Assembly: GCF_006345805.1 (NCBI RefSeq)
Contig: NC_042999.1
Span: 75,454,001 to 75,518,000 of the forward strand
Length of the DNA stretch: 64,000 nucleotides
DNA from: Octopus sinensis
Lineage: Eukaryota
Direction of reading: 5' to 3'
The translations under genes were made by a program, and so were the position numbers. The notes under the pieces were generated by a model. The model did not search any database. It saw only the letters and a program-made list of their open reading frames with translations, and was not told where the DNA came from. Shown in pieces: positions 13,340-26,713 of this stretch (positions are counted from its first letter, which is position 1; every line of letters begins with the position of its first letter).

Positions 13340-13495
13340 AAGTAATCCAAACAAGAAAGCACAAAAGACACAACAACGCGAGGACGTGGAACAAATATAG
13401 TATTGTTGGGCGCTCAGGAAAGAAGGAAGGAAGGAGGGTTTAACGTTTCGATCGGAGCTCTTCGTCGGAAACATAGGAGAAGGAAAGATCCAGAG
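13340..13495 (-). mobile_element. Short PLE-end-like repeat with hammerhead motif (partial second copy at 19100-19186)
   Basis: 13438-13472 minus: GUUU-CCGACGA-A-GAGC(UCC)GAUC-GAAAC-GUU-AAAC; adjoins (TA)n. Confidence 0.6.
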
Positions 13496-14134
13496 AGAGA
13501 GAGAGAGAGAGATGCATTTATAGTTCCTGTCTTACTGCACAAAGAAATGAAACGTCCAATTTGTTATGCTTTCATCCATCAAAGATTCACAGTTTTTTTT
13601 TATCCAGTCATTTTCTTTTTAAATTTATCTCGCCACTCACTGAAATTTTACGTATACTTCACTAAGCATATAAAATCTGACAGTTACCTTTACATTATAC
13701 CTTAACCTTCCCAGAATAGTCACTATACTATCATATTTAGTCTTACCCCTCACAGTATCATATTTATAATTAATGTAAATACCTAGCTTGTTCAACCGAC
13801 CTTCTCTTTTCTTTTTGCCCTGAACCTGTTAATGATAGTAGTAATAAAGATCATGAGTCTCTCGTGAAGAAAAAGAGATTGCTCTATCGGAGGCAGTTCT
13901 ACTCCAAAAAGGTAGAGGGTCTTTGAAGCGGTGGTTTGATAAAAGCAGCAGTGGTTGTGACACTTTAACACCAAAGTCCCTTTTATAAATGAAATACTAA
14001 GCAAAAAATATAATCACGATTATATTTATGAGACTGGAACCTCGAGTAAATGTCTGTTACACGGCAAGTGTTTTACTTTGCAATTGGATAAGCATAGTCG
14101 TTATACAAACATTGCTGATTAAGATAATATGGTT

Positions 14135-14740
14135 TCAAAACGAAAAAAGAACTGTGCTGGAATACTATTTTAGAAACAGGCCTACGAATACAGGATACTG
14201 GAAAAGGATGTATGAAATATGGATAAAGAAAGGTCATGATCCCTGTCTCGGAACAAAATCTTTTGCACCCACAAAAGTTAATCATGAAGAGACAGTGGTT
14301 ATTCCAGTTTGAACTGGAGATCTCCACAATAGTGAAAGATGAAAAACAAGATTGTGTAGAAAGAGACGAAGAACTCGAACAAGAAATAGCAAAGGAAGTA
14401 ATAAATTCTCAGGAGAGAAATAACAGCCCAGAGATATAGAGCACAAACCACAGAGGGTGGCGGAGACGGCTACCAGCAAAATCCTCTGGGACTTCCCAAT
14501 CCAAACAGATCAGGTGCTAGAGCATAACATACTAGACCTAGTGGCGGTGGACAAGGTGCACCACATATACTGTATAGTTGATGCTGCATGCCTCTTTGAC
14601 TCACGAATAGTCAAAAAAGAAGGCGAAAAGAGAGATAGATACAATACTCTTAAGTACGAAATAGCCCGGCTATGGAAAATGCAGAAGGTAACGATAGTGC
14701 CAAATATTGTTGGGTGCTGGGGAACAGTATCAGAAGCCTC
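14135..14740 (+). mobile_element. Internally deleted Dong/R4-type LINE (N-terminus joined to restriction-like endonuclease domain)
   Basis: YFRNRPTNTGYWKRMYEIW...VSEQNL...WLFQFELE, then KILWDFPIQTDQVLEHN..D...DK...IVDAAC..D....KEGEK..RY..L..EIARLW...VP..VG..G (PD-(D/E)xK-type RLE); followed by (TAA)n. Confidence 0.8.
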
Positions 14741-14804
14741 AAGAGGACACAATATCTTCAATCAACAATATCACGATATTGGATACTGTGCTGCGTCTTC
14801 AATG

Positions 14805-14849
<45 letters not shown>

Positions 14850-16694
14850 TAATAATAATAATAATAATAATAATGATAATAATCTTTTCTACGATAAAGT
14901 TGTCAGATGAAGGAGGAATTATGAACAAATTGCACACAAACAAAAACAACATAACTTTACATAAATTCGATCATGAAAATGACAAATAAAAAAAAAACCC
15001 AAAGAAGCAAAAAAATGTTTTTTTTCTCTTTCATTAATAATATTTCTACCTGAAACATTTTTTTCTTTTATTTCGATACCCATTAACATGTAATCTTTCA
15101 CGAAGGATGAACTTAGAGAAGAACTCAGAACCAAACAAAATGCTGCACTTGTTTTATAATAGAATATGAGATTCGGATCTCCGTATCAAATTCTTCGCTA
15201 ACTCTGTTTACTATAGTATAAAATATTCACAAAACCACGCATCTATTAAAGATGCTTTTTTTCTTTCCTAGGTGAAGTAAATACTCTACATAGAATTTAA
15301 CAATGGATAAAGTCAATTATGCGGACGCAAAGAAACCATCGCTTAAGTGGGGAAAAAAAGGTTGTTGACTTGCGATTCAGCGGGAAGAGCCAATGTGAAA
15401 TAGACCTCTATGGTTTTTTTAATAAAAATAAAAAAGAAAAAGACTAATGTTTTGAGATGACGCTTTATAACGTTTGAAAGTATTGTCTATTGTTAGCTTG
15501 ACGTTTTAATAACAGTTTACTTCCTATCCTGTTTTCTTTTAATAGCTTAAACTCCACGTTTATCGGAGCCAGTCTTGCAGCAAGCTATTAAATATACAAT
15601 TAAGTACCAGCTGTATTTCATGAGGCAAGCTGCGAAGTTAGCTTTGCGCTCGTTATGAGCAAATCCTCTCTTGTCATTCGAAAATGATAAAGTGAAAAGA
15701 AAAATATATAATATGTGAAATATATGACTGACCACCGGGCTAATAAATTGTTTATGCCACACATACTAGTTTTGAGGGTGGATAGTTAGAATCACCTGAA
15801 TAGCTAATTGAGTTTTATGAGAACTAGTTGTCCTCTGTTCCACCCCCACAAAAGCCAATAAAGACATGTAGCATTGCAAAGTACTTGGCAATTTGTTTTC
15901 ATAATGGCTACTCGTGAAACTGAATGAATCTTTTGGATTGTATTGGACACCATACTCTATGTTATAAATCCGAAGCAGCCTCTAAAGAATCGAAATTTTC
16001 TCACAAATATAAGGCCTTCTAACACCGTTTTATTGTCGCTTTAAACAAGAGAATCTGAAGCTATTATATATCAAACGGTTTCGACTGAAACGCTTGCTAT
16101 TGCTATGCTGGTATAACTTCACAATAACAATAGAATTATGAACTTGAGTGTTTAAGAGCATTGGCAGCCCTATGTAATCCATACTACATTTATATCAATG
16201 TTGAAAATGTATATAGAAGCTCTCAATGTAATCCAATGGGAAAGAAGGAAAAAAAATCAAATGAATAGGTTTCCGTTTAGAGAAAAATATATAGTCTAAC
16301 ATGTGTAATAGGGATTAAGTTATCAGTTTATATACAGTTTTATTTACACACATGTGAGAAAGAATACTTTTAAAGTAATCATATGATTCGAAATAGCCGA
16401 ATTTTGTGTTAACTTGTAGTTTACGTTTAAACGGGAAGTCATTTATACGATGTAAGATATGTTCATAATGGAGTAGGGAACCGACACTTACACCAACACA
16501 ACGATCATGTAATTTGTATACCGCTTTTATGAGGTATATGTTTTAGCAGAAAATGTGAGAAAGAGACTATGTAGAAGAGCCTTATGTAGTTCATTGAAGA
16601 TATGTGTGTAAACCAGTTATGTGTGCGTGTATGCGTGTATACACTGGTACACGTACACATAAACATACACGTATATGTGTGTGTGTGTACACTC

Positions 16695-16892
16695 CTCATA
16701 CATACATACGTACATACATACATACATACATACATACATACATACATGCATGCATACATACATGCATGCATGCATACACGCATACATACATGCATGCATA
16801 CACGCATACATACATACATACAGACAGACAGACAGACATACATACATACATACATACATACATACATACATACATACATACATACATACATA
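16695..16892. repeat. (CATA)n/(CATG)n/(CAGA)n compound microsatellite
   Basis: Direct inspection. Confidence 0.95.
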
Positions 16893-17129
16893 ATCTTGTG
16901 CATACGTTCCGTTGAACACTAAATTCTTCATGGAATTATATGTGCACCTTTGTGATACATATGTGTTGGGCAATTTTGAGGCCATATTTTTTCCAGGCCT
17001 GACTACAGCGGAATTTTCCAGAAAGTGCAGATAGAGATAAAGAAAGGGTAAGAGAAAAAGTCGAAAGATCTCATTACTACACATGATGTAAAAAGAACTA
17101 CTTCATGTTCCTTGAAAAACTGTTGATAG

Positions 17130-17384
17130 GTGTGCTGGGAAAGAAAACGAGAAAAGCCAGTAATGGAGACGAGCGGAGACTGTAATAAGAGCATCGGTAG
17201 TGGAGGTCACTTCATACCAAGTCGTGGAAAGAAGCAAGCAGTCCTTCTATCAGAAATAAACAGTAGCAACACACTATCGTCCGATGATGAGCGTGATAAC
17301 CACTGTAGACGAAATAGCCAAGCTACCAAGGAAACACTCAGAAAACAAGGTTTCTTACCTCCTCTCAAACAACTTGAATGCTAA
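17130..17384 (+). other. Candidate terminal exon of unknown gene (unverified)
   Basis: Non-repetitive 84-codon open frame after an AG, ending ...QGFLPPLKQLEC*; no recognisable homology. Confidence 0.15.
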
Positions 17385-17791
17385 CAGGCACGCTTCAGTA
17401 CACTCGGCAGTGGTACGAACATTGGTAGTCGTATAACTCCAACGCTATTTATCCTCTCAATATGTCGACAAGAAGCCAAAATGTTTTTCCTGTGTTAAGT
17501 ACTTCTTGGTTTATTTGTGTGTTTTACAATACTTTTCCTTTATTTCTCTGTGATTGTTAATTTTATACATTTATTATTTGCTCTTATTTTAATTGTCTAA
17601 TGTCTTTCATGTTGATGTAAGAAATTCTTAGTGTTGTTTCAAATCTTTACATAACTTATTTTTATCATACTTTATACACTTCTTAGCAAAAACCTTGTTT
17701 AACGCTAATCATATTTGGTCTCTCTCTTCGAGACTGGTTAAAAAGAAACAAAAGTATATCATATCCAGCTCGCTGGCATTTTTAATGAAAA

Positions 17792-18010
17792 AGGCGGTGA
17801 GCTGGAGAAATAGGTTCTGTGCTGAACAGAATCTTAGTAGCATTTCTTTCGGCCTTTCAGTTCTGAGTTCAAATTCCGCAAAGGTCGATATTTGCCTGTC
17901 ATCCTTTCAGGGTTGATAAAATAAGCACCAGTTGAAGACAAAGATCGATGTAATCAACTAACACCCACCCCTTAAAATTTCTGGCCTTCTGCCTAGATTA
18001 CAAAGAATTG
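17792..18010 (+). mobile_element. tRNA-derived SINE family B, full length
   Basis: ggcggtgagctggagaaa...gttctgagttcaaattccgc.aaggtcga...tcatcctttcaggg..gataaaataag...ggcctt.tgcctag. Confidence 0.85.
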
Positions 18011-18596
18011 ATACTATTATTTAGTAACCCAACCTCATTTACCTCCAAAAAGGAGACAGTACTCATGGTATTGAAGGCCTTCCGTAAGCAGTGACTTTAA
18101 TGGAATCTCGGTTCAATTTGGATGATATAAGTATGAAATCAAGTTAAAATTTCCAGAAAATTGGAATTCTAAAGTAAAATGTAAGGAGGAAATGTTTATA
18201 TCAGGATTTTTCTGGGATTGGTTTAAATGATAATATACTATAATACACAAACATGTGTATGTATATATATATAAATATGTGTATGTGCGTGAGCATTCCC
18301 TTCCCCCCTCTCCCTTCATCGTCACCCCTCCCTCGTAACCCCACCCCTACACAATCCAACCCCACCTTCCCTATCCATCCCACCCCACCTCACCCCATCC
18401 CTTACATCCACTCCCACATACTCACCTCTACCCCACCCTTGCTTTCCCCACTCTCGCCTCCACCACATCCCAACACCACCACACCAAACACCACCACATC
18501 GCATCACATCAAACCACCACGCACACACTAGCACTGACCACTTCCCATCACATATACATACATACATATATACACATGTGTATATATACGTACACA

Positions 18597-18656
<60 letters not shown>

Positions 18657-18719
18657 CGTGTGCTCGCGCGCACGTATGTGTATGAGTGTACAGTATGTTC
18701 ATTTCCACGTTACTATAAC

Positions 18720-18842
18720 AGTGCAGCGACGCAGTAAAAAGACTGAATAAGTACCAGGCTAAACTCTTCAATGTAGTCACCCCACCTCGCCAGTATGGCC
18801 GCAGTCCAATGACTGAAGCAAGTAAAAAAATAAACCAAAGAA
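18720..18842 (+). mobile_element. SINE family A, 3' fragment
   Basis: aataagtaccaggct...cagtatggccgcagtccaatgactgaagcaagtaaaa. Confidence 0.65.
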
Positions 18843-18894
18843 TTAATAATCCACAATAAGAACATTAGTATTTTCTTACATTAACATAAGGTGA

Positions 18895-19050
18895 TGCATT
18901 TGGAGGAAATGTAATAATCGATTGGGGTTGAATCGCATTATCCATCTGGTACTTTTATCAACTCTAGGAAGACGAAACAAAGGATGATCTTAGCGGGATT
19001 TGAACTCAAGCATTAAAAGCATTTTGTTCGACGTTCTAACAATTCAGCCA
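18895..19050 (-). mobile_element. SINE family B fragment
   Basis: ctggtactttt...gcgggatttgaactca...ttcgacgttctaacaattcagcca. Confidence 0.6.
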
Positions 19051-19539
19051 TTACATTAAAATTCACTACTCATGAACCAAAGAGAGCCCATATACAGTTA
19101 ATCCAAACAAGAAAATACAAAAAAAAAAAACACAACAACGCGAGGACGTGGAACAAATATAGTATTATTGGACGCTCAGGAAAGAAAATCCCATATACAT
19201 TGCATTGCTCTCAAACAGTTAGACATGGTAGTCAACTTCCCTTAACCATAACCTACTGTCGTCAGAAAAGAAAAAGGACAAGTCAAACAATGTAGTCTCT
19301 GATATACAAAAGAAAGAGATAGTAACGGCTTAAGAGCCTTTGATCATATGTCTGGAGTTCGAACAATCTCAACAATTTACTACTCTTTTATCTGTTATTT
19401 CTTTTACGTCAGCTCATTTCTTTCAAGCATATTTTTACCACATCTAAGAGACCATCAGATTTTATGCAATTTATTAGTTGAAAATTCTTTGTTGTTAGTT
19501 TCGAAAAATGTTGCAGTAGTTGTCGGTGGGGTGATACCA

Positions 19540-19625
19540 CTACTATTATTGCTGCTGTTGCTGCTACTGCTGCTGCTACTGCTGCTGCTACTCCTACTAT
19601 TACTGCTGCTGCTGCTCATAATACT
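19540..19625. repeat. (CTG/CTA)n microsatellite
   Basis: Direct inspection. Confidence 0.9.
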
Positions 19626-20700
19626 GGTGCTAGATACTGATGGTTGTAAAGATAAGTGGAAAGATCGTGTTTATTGATCTCCACTTTAAAGTACTGTTGT
19701 TGTTGTCGTTGTTATTGCTGCCGACGGCACTCATAAAATCCTGTGTGCTTTCATACATATAGGTGTATGAATGAATATAGTAGTAACTTCTACCAGGTGG
19801 CAGCCGTGTGAACGGGAGAATGTTTTATGGAGAAGCAGCTATTAGGCATGATAGGATATAGTATCCTACGGTGTATCGTTAGGAACATCAAAATAAATGA
19901 GTATAACAGTTAATTTGTGACGTGTAGCATAGAGTAGGGGGTTAAGTTCTCGGCGTATTAAAGCTGCAACGAAATTTCAATTTACATACTACATTCCGCA
20001 TTCTTTTTCACATCACGTACGATTCTAACTTTGAGATATTTTATATCGACACTGTCCGAGTGTGTCTGAAGTAAATAAGCAGGGCATATCGTCGAAAAAT
20101 ATGTTGTTAATACTATATAAATGTTTTCTTTGCATTGATGTTTGTGTATGATTTCGTGGCGGCGTTAACTCCCGGATAAGAAATCAGTATAATTCGGATG
20201 TCATTTCACGGTGTTAATAACTATTGCAGAGAGTTATTTGGAATGAAATATTTATATTCAAATGTGCTCACTAAATGCACATCAAAACATCTACCATGGA
20301 TTTTAATGAAAGACACGTCAATCCAATCATTTCGCTTCAATTACCTACTGAATATGATGCTAATCTAGCTCACGTGACCTTCTCAGAGGATTTGGTGCAT
20401 TTGCATGGCGGGTGGACGAACTGAGGTGTCGAGGAATTATAAGCATTGCTGACATGCGCAGATCTCAACGGCCATTTTGCAATCAGTGAGGTTAAAATAG
20501 TATGCCTCATTTTATATACTTACATACATACATGTATATATATATATATATTATATATATATATATGAGATACCTTGGGGCCTACAATTGCGGGCCTTGT
20601 GCATTATCAGCTTTGGTAGAGCACATCGGTTGTCAGCTCAGAAGAAATAGGGGAATCCATTAGACACACACACACTTATTGCGTGTGCGTGTGTGTGTGT

Positions 20701-20731
<31 letters not shown>

Positions 20732-21639
20732 GGTGTGTGTGTATATATGTATGTATATGTGTATGTACACATAATGACATAGTAATTCGTTTTTTTAATG
20801 CTCCGTCAAATTCGAACATGAATTTGCAATTCGCTAGTGTATTTTATCTTTGTTGAATGTTTTCTCTTTTCAGACGATGTATGTTCACAACACACTCTAT
20901 TTATAGAGGAAAGAGGGCTTTGCAAAAATGCAAGGTTTTGACTTTGCTGTGTCTCTTATGTCAAAGCTACCTCGGGATCAATGAACCTAAACAAGATTTG
21001 TGGATCCGGGTTATAGCATTCAATAAATAGGTTATTTGCTAATGCGTTCAGCTGACTTCCAAACCGATAATAATTCATCATATGCATGGAGAACATCAAA
21101 ATAGAGTGTATTGTAAGGGCACATTCGCCTGAAAGGAGAAGTTATTCTCTGAAGAAATACAAAAGCGATTATCATATTTACGTTCGAATCTGCAGGAATG
21201 TATTATGAATGTATGATGTTCTCTGCACATGAAAGATCCCACGCACGCACGCTAGCACACACACACATATGCACACACATATATTTCGGTCAAATTTCTC
21301 CATTCTCACAAAAGCTGCTCTTCATAACCCTTGTAAAAACATACTCAAGTTCTTGAGCTGTTTATGTGAGCAATTAGTTTTTCATTTGTAATTCGTGCTT
21401 ATTATTACTCTACGAGAACTTAATGAAATTTGTCTTTGAAAAATGAACAAAATTAAGTAAAGTGTTAAGAAGTATCCCCCGAGAAGTGTTCTTAAATGTC
21501 ACCCGAGTTAAATGAGTTAACAATACTTATCTGATGTAAACAGCATAATTCATGACCATTGTTGGTATATTATTTTTCATTACGGAAATTATGCAAATTT
21601 ACTTTATATCCACAGCTGGATATACGAAATTGTAATATG

Positions 21640-21850
21640 CGGCTACTGACAGAATCGATAGCACGCTGGGCAAAAAGCTTAGCAGTATTTCGACCGTCTT
21701 TGCGTTCTGAATTCAAATTATACCGAGGATGACTTTGCCTTTCATACTTCGGGATCGATAAAATAAGTACCAGCTGAGCACCGGCGTCGATGTAATCGAC
21801 TTCCGCGCTCCCCCAAAGTTGCTGGCTTTGTGCCAAAATGTGAAACCAAT
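21640..21850 (+). mobile_element. SINE family B, full length
   Basis: gacagaatcgatagcacgctgggc...gttctgaattcaaatt..ccgagg..gactttgcctttcat...gataaaataagtaccag. Confidence 0.85.
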
Positions 21851-21925
21851 ATTTATATTTACGCTGAAACACAGGTGTGCGCACACACGCGCGCTCGCAC
21901 GCATGCACATACACACACACACACA

Positions 21926-21956
<31 letters not shown>

Positions 21957-22284
21957 TCACGCACACACACATACACACACAACAGACATATAACATTCAA
22001 TATTGGTGTTAGAAGACGAGAATGTTATGCGAGAGATCGTCATAATACAGAAATCTCAGATGCAATTATAAATACAAGATGGCAGCTAATTTATGTAAAA
22101 CGGTTCAGTATTTCTGAAACCGTTGTTTCTTAATCAATGGGATATGAAAGTCTATTGTCATTAGCTGATAAACAAACGCCCAGGAAGAAGAAACATTTCT
22201 TTTGATGAATTTATATCCTATCAATATAGCTTTCCGCTGAAGCTATAACTAGATGATTGCTTTCGCTGTACTAAATCCTCAAAG

Positions 22285-22405
22285 TGCTTTCATCATCACC
22301 ACCATCATCAACATCATCGTCATCGTCATCATCGTCTTCCCCATCGTCGTCTTCGTCGTCATCATCGTTGTTATCGTGATTTCTATCATCATCATATTCA
22401 TCATT
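22285..22405. repeat. (CAT/CGT)n microsatellite
   Basis: Direct inspection. Confidence 0.9.
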
Positions 22406-23329
22406 CCTGTAGTAAGAAATTGACTGATCATTCATTAACAACTTCCCAATTGTCATGGCAGGTGAATGCCAAAATAAATAAAGCCTTATTGCTGTCGTTT
22501 ACAGATTATGTTTTGAGTTCAAAACCCATCCGAATTTTACTTTGTTTTTAACCCTTCGTAAATCGATAAAGTAAATATTTGTCAAAGAATGGGAACAGTT
22601 TAAATCTAAACGCATTTGCCTTTTCTCTAAATTTTTGGCTTTGTATCTATATTAAGTGATTAATCAGGGTATGTCTATAAGTATACAACTGGAGAGGAAT
22701 ATCCATACTGTCCAAAGCAAGTTACTAGTCCGAGGATCCTCTTCAAATACTGGAGTTTGATTCAATTCGGCTATTAAGCTTCTTTAGGTCAGTTCTGATG
22801 AGAAAGACTTCTGACAAAAATATTCCCATCCACCCAAGGCTGCAACGTGTCATTTCTTCTTTTTGGATACTAAGGTATGACTTGAAAGTAATTTGACCAC
22901 GAGAATGAGTGACCACGCAAAAGTTTCCCACTGGATGCCACCCTAGTAGGTGTATGTTAATATCCTCTGTAGGTGTTTCTAGGTAACTACTCCAGCAAGG
23001 TAGGAATCATAACAAAAATTCTGTGAGAAGTTAATGTCCTTTCTGAGATGAAGATGTGTAACTTGTGTTCTTAAAGTTTCAAAAAGTAGTTAAATTCTGG
23101 TATACGTAAGGGTTAATATTTGGGACCTAGATGCTTGGGAAAGCTTTTTATATAATTCGTGACTATGAAACTTTACGACAGCAAAAGAAATCAGTGTTCA
23201 AGAACTCGATGAATGGTGCAATACCATAAACCAGGAATCGAGTATGACATTGTAATATGTACCATGCTTTTGCTAATTGCTTTAAGTGACTGTCTAGCTG
23301 CGATCAAACACCAGAAACTCTCTCGGCAC

Positions 23330-23540
23330 TATAAATCTTGACTCAGCAACCAGAATGCGACAGCTGGAGGGAGAGAGAGCTGCATCAGCAGCTGACTTGC
23401 AGTCATTTTTCAGCTGAATGGACTGGGGAAACGTAACATGAAGTACATTGCTTAGAGACACAACGTCCCGACCGGTTCAGGAACTGAACTTGCGAGCTTG
23501 TAATCGTGAGCCCAATGCCCTTATTACTCGGCCGCGCGCA
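23330..23540 (-). mobile_element. SINE family C, degenerate
   Basis: cagctgaatggactggg...cacaacg.cccgaccgg...taatcgtgagccc...ccgcgcgc. Confidence 0.65.
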
Positions 23541-23868
23541 AAATATTGTTAATTTGCTTGTCTCCAAGAACTAGAATCACAAGTCCATGTCCACATGCAA
23601 CTATTGATATATTTCTGAGTAAAGTATTCTATTCTAGAGACACCATCATGACTAATTATTAGATCGTCGATTTCAGACTAATTATTATTTTCTGTTAGTA
23701 AGCCAGTGTGGTAACATTACCGAAAATATTTGTTTTTAGTTAGTATGAGTAAAAGGGACAGCATCCAAAGAACTTTATTTTGTCCGACGCTGTTGGGTTG
23801 GGATTGAGATAACTTATTATCGTATTATCGGTTAGTACTCAGTTTAGTTTAGCACACGCACACATTTA

Positions 23869-23923
23869 TTAAGTAGAGCCAGAATTCAATTTGTTTTTTT
23901 AATTGAATTCTGGCTCTACTTAA
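23869..23923. repeat. Perfect 23-bp inverted repeat with 9-nt loop
   Basis: ttaagtagagccagaattcaatt-tgttttttt-aattgaattctggctctacttaa. Confidence 0.9.
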
Positions 23924-24004
23924 GAAGTATTAACACCAAAAAGCAATCTTTATATCAAATGTAGCGTGGATATTCTGTTAAAACAGAGAATATTGAGTCA
24001 CTGT

Positions 24005-24745
24005 TGTCATTGTTATTTAGTCACCGATTGTTTCTGGGACAAATCTATAACTAAAAGCGTTCATTCAGTCTCTTTACGAATACATAAAGCTACATTATCC
24101 AACGAGTCGTTTCCCCATTTTCTAAGCCGACAGGATATAAGTTGAAGAAGATTTGGCTGCTGTTATTTCTAACATATACAGAAACCTTGAAAACGTTCTC
24201 TTGTTGGCTCATGAAACGTGCAAGTTAGCGGAATAAAAAATACTTTAATGGGGGGAGAATTCTAGCTGAAAGCAGTTTGGACAAAGAAAAATGTGAAAAT
24301 TATTTAGTACATAGTCAAGCAGAAGAAACTATGACAGCTGAAGGGGAGGAAGAGACGTGGAGGAAGCGATTAGGCTGTGGTAGGCGTAGGACCGTCCTAA
24401 ACAAGTTCACAAATAAGGAAATCGTTACTGTCGTTGCTGAGCACCAACTCAAACTTCATCTAACACATCTATAGTCGAAGGCATTCCTTATCTGACCATT
24501 CTGTCTAACATTGTGTAACTAAGTCTACAGGATCTAATGTGTCCTCTCATTAGGACACTGTGGGTTGAATTTGAAGGGAATTACAGCATAACTCATTATT
24601 GTTTTTCTTATTAGTATTGAACTTCAGGTCATCTCCGAACGAGCTTATCTACGATCAAAAGTATTCCAACCGTAACCTGGTGTAATTTGAGGTTGATTTC
24701 AGACTACTACTTTTAACGGTTTGAAAGACCTCACAGAGACTCAAT
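24005..24745 (+). mobile_element. Three tandem decayed copies of an old SINE-like family D (also ~25715-25880, ~32770-32910, ~47940-48145 on +; ~6880-7040, ~19200-19365 on -)
   Basis: Recurring motifs ctatgatcaaaggcattcca, ctacattatccaa and gatttggctgctatttctagcagg in diverged forms. Confidence 0.55.
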
Positions 24746-25152
24746 AACTGAATCGCACAGAAACTGCTGTACAAGTGGGAAAATGCAGCTATATTGTGAG
24801 TTAGTGGTGGATGGGGAGAGATGGTGAAAGTATGGCTTGACTATCAAGCAGAATCAAGCAGAAATGATATTTGCACTTTATGATTACATTTACAGTAAGA
24901 GAATGAACTACCAACAGCCATAGGAATTTCGAATCGATAACATAAATTATTGATTATTTCAAACATCATAGAACACACTTCACAGGAAACATTTAGAGGA
25001 GTTGGTTTTACAGCAGGTAGAAACTGATAAACGTTTCATTTATTTCACATACAGATTAAATATATAGTTAAACATGAAATGTCTGTGCTATAATCAACAG
25101 TACTCATATGTGAGGTTTTCATTAGTCCTATAGACTTCAGAGGAGAAGAAAC

Positions 25153-25625
25153 TAACGTTCATTCATTATTTAAGGGCATTAACGAATTATTTATATCATA
25201 TATTATCAGCAGTGATGACACCGAAGACTGGATGTTTGAATTCACTTGCACCACGTTTCTAGCCATTTTTACGTTCATTCGTTATTGAAGAGTTAATAAC
25301 GGATCATATATTGTCAGCAGTTGATGTGACACCAAAGACTAGGTGTTAGGATACAATTTCATCATCTTTTTGGCTAGTCTTACGATCAATCATTATTTAG
25401 GAGTATTACCAAATTATTTACATCATTTATTATCTGCATTTGCTGTGACACCGGAGACTAGGTGTTGGGATTCAATCAAAACAGAAGTCATTCTTACGTT
25501 CATTCATTATTTATGAGTATTAGCGAATTAGTTACAGCATTTATTATCGACAGTTATTATGATACTGAAGACTGGGTGTATAGATTCAATTACATAACAT
25601 TCCTGGTCATAACGGCTATTAATTA
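25153..25625. repeat. Minisatellite, ~113-bp unit x4
   Basis: Units start at ~25154, 25269, 25380 and 25494 with (tt)acgttcattcattatt...tattatc.gcagt..tgacacc.aagact.g.tgtt. Confidence 0.85.
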
Positions 25626-26624
25626 ATTACCTCCAAGCATTTCTTTCAAATCGTTAAATCCTCAAAGAGTAAAACCAAATCGTTGTTAGTGTTAATGAGG
25701 ACATTTATGACATTTATCCGCCGAGTCAGTCCTGACAGAGCAGACCCGAGATAAAAGGTGTTTCAGCAATGAAACATCTTTTGTAGCCTCTGATATATCT
25801 AGAGCTACATTGCGTGATTTCACTGAGCTTTGGTTGCTATTTCCAGCAGGATGAAGGACAGTGTTAATTTGCCCTTGTTGGCGCTTTTGTATTTGGAATG
25901 CAAATCAGATACTTCAAATGGTAGAACTCAAAACTGGAGTAAATTAAGTGAAATATCTAAAACTGAGATCCAAATATAGAATGCAGTATCGGCATAGGCC
26001 TAGTGAATACCGACTCCTTTAAATCATTTTTCATATATGCAGTTTTACTTGCTACGCCTACACACAAGGGGTCACTTTTATCCGATGCTCAAGAAAGGGA
26101 TTAAAATATAAGAAAATTAGAGAGGCGATCAAACCACGTTGTTGATTTGTAGCCAAATCTACTTTATAACCATCAACTGTTTCACTCAGCCTATTCGAGA
26201 TGATTGAACGAAATGCAAAGTTGCTACAAAATGTATGTCAAAACAAAATAATTGATATTGGTTTGAACGCAAATGACTTTTTCACCTTAGAATACGAAGC
26301 CAACAAAGAAGGATTTAAATAATGGACTCTAATGGAAATATATCATTATCACTGCAATCCCCAAACAAATCACATGATCATATGGCAGCAGTGCCACCGC
26401 TGCTCAAAGAATGATATTTACCAATATATATATTTACATATAGCAAGGTTAAGTAGACCAATAAAAATTAGTGAAACGGTCATGGGTACCAGCGCAGCAC
26501 CTATTTGACAGGATAATAACTTTCTGCTGAATTGCTGTTACTCTACTCACTCGAGCACTTATGTAATTCACGCGCAAGTCTCACCCCAAAGCTTCTTATT
26601 CTACAGAAATTGCATCAAATGTTA

Positions 26625-26709
<85 letters not shown>

Positions 26710-26713
<4 letters not shown>

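Noticed and set aside
15270-15720. Two strong splice acceptors (15270, 15545)
   Set aside because: Downstream frames close quickly and there is no convincing donor or homology.
18295-18545. Proline-rich ORF or G-quadruplex region
   Set aside because: Low-complexity C/A-rich degenerate repeat with no independent support.
25153-25625. CRISPR-like periodic array
   Set aside because: Whole units are homologous with no unique spacers, there are no cas genes, and the context is eukaryotic.
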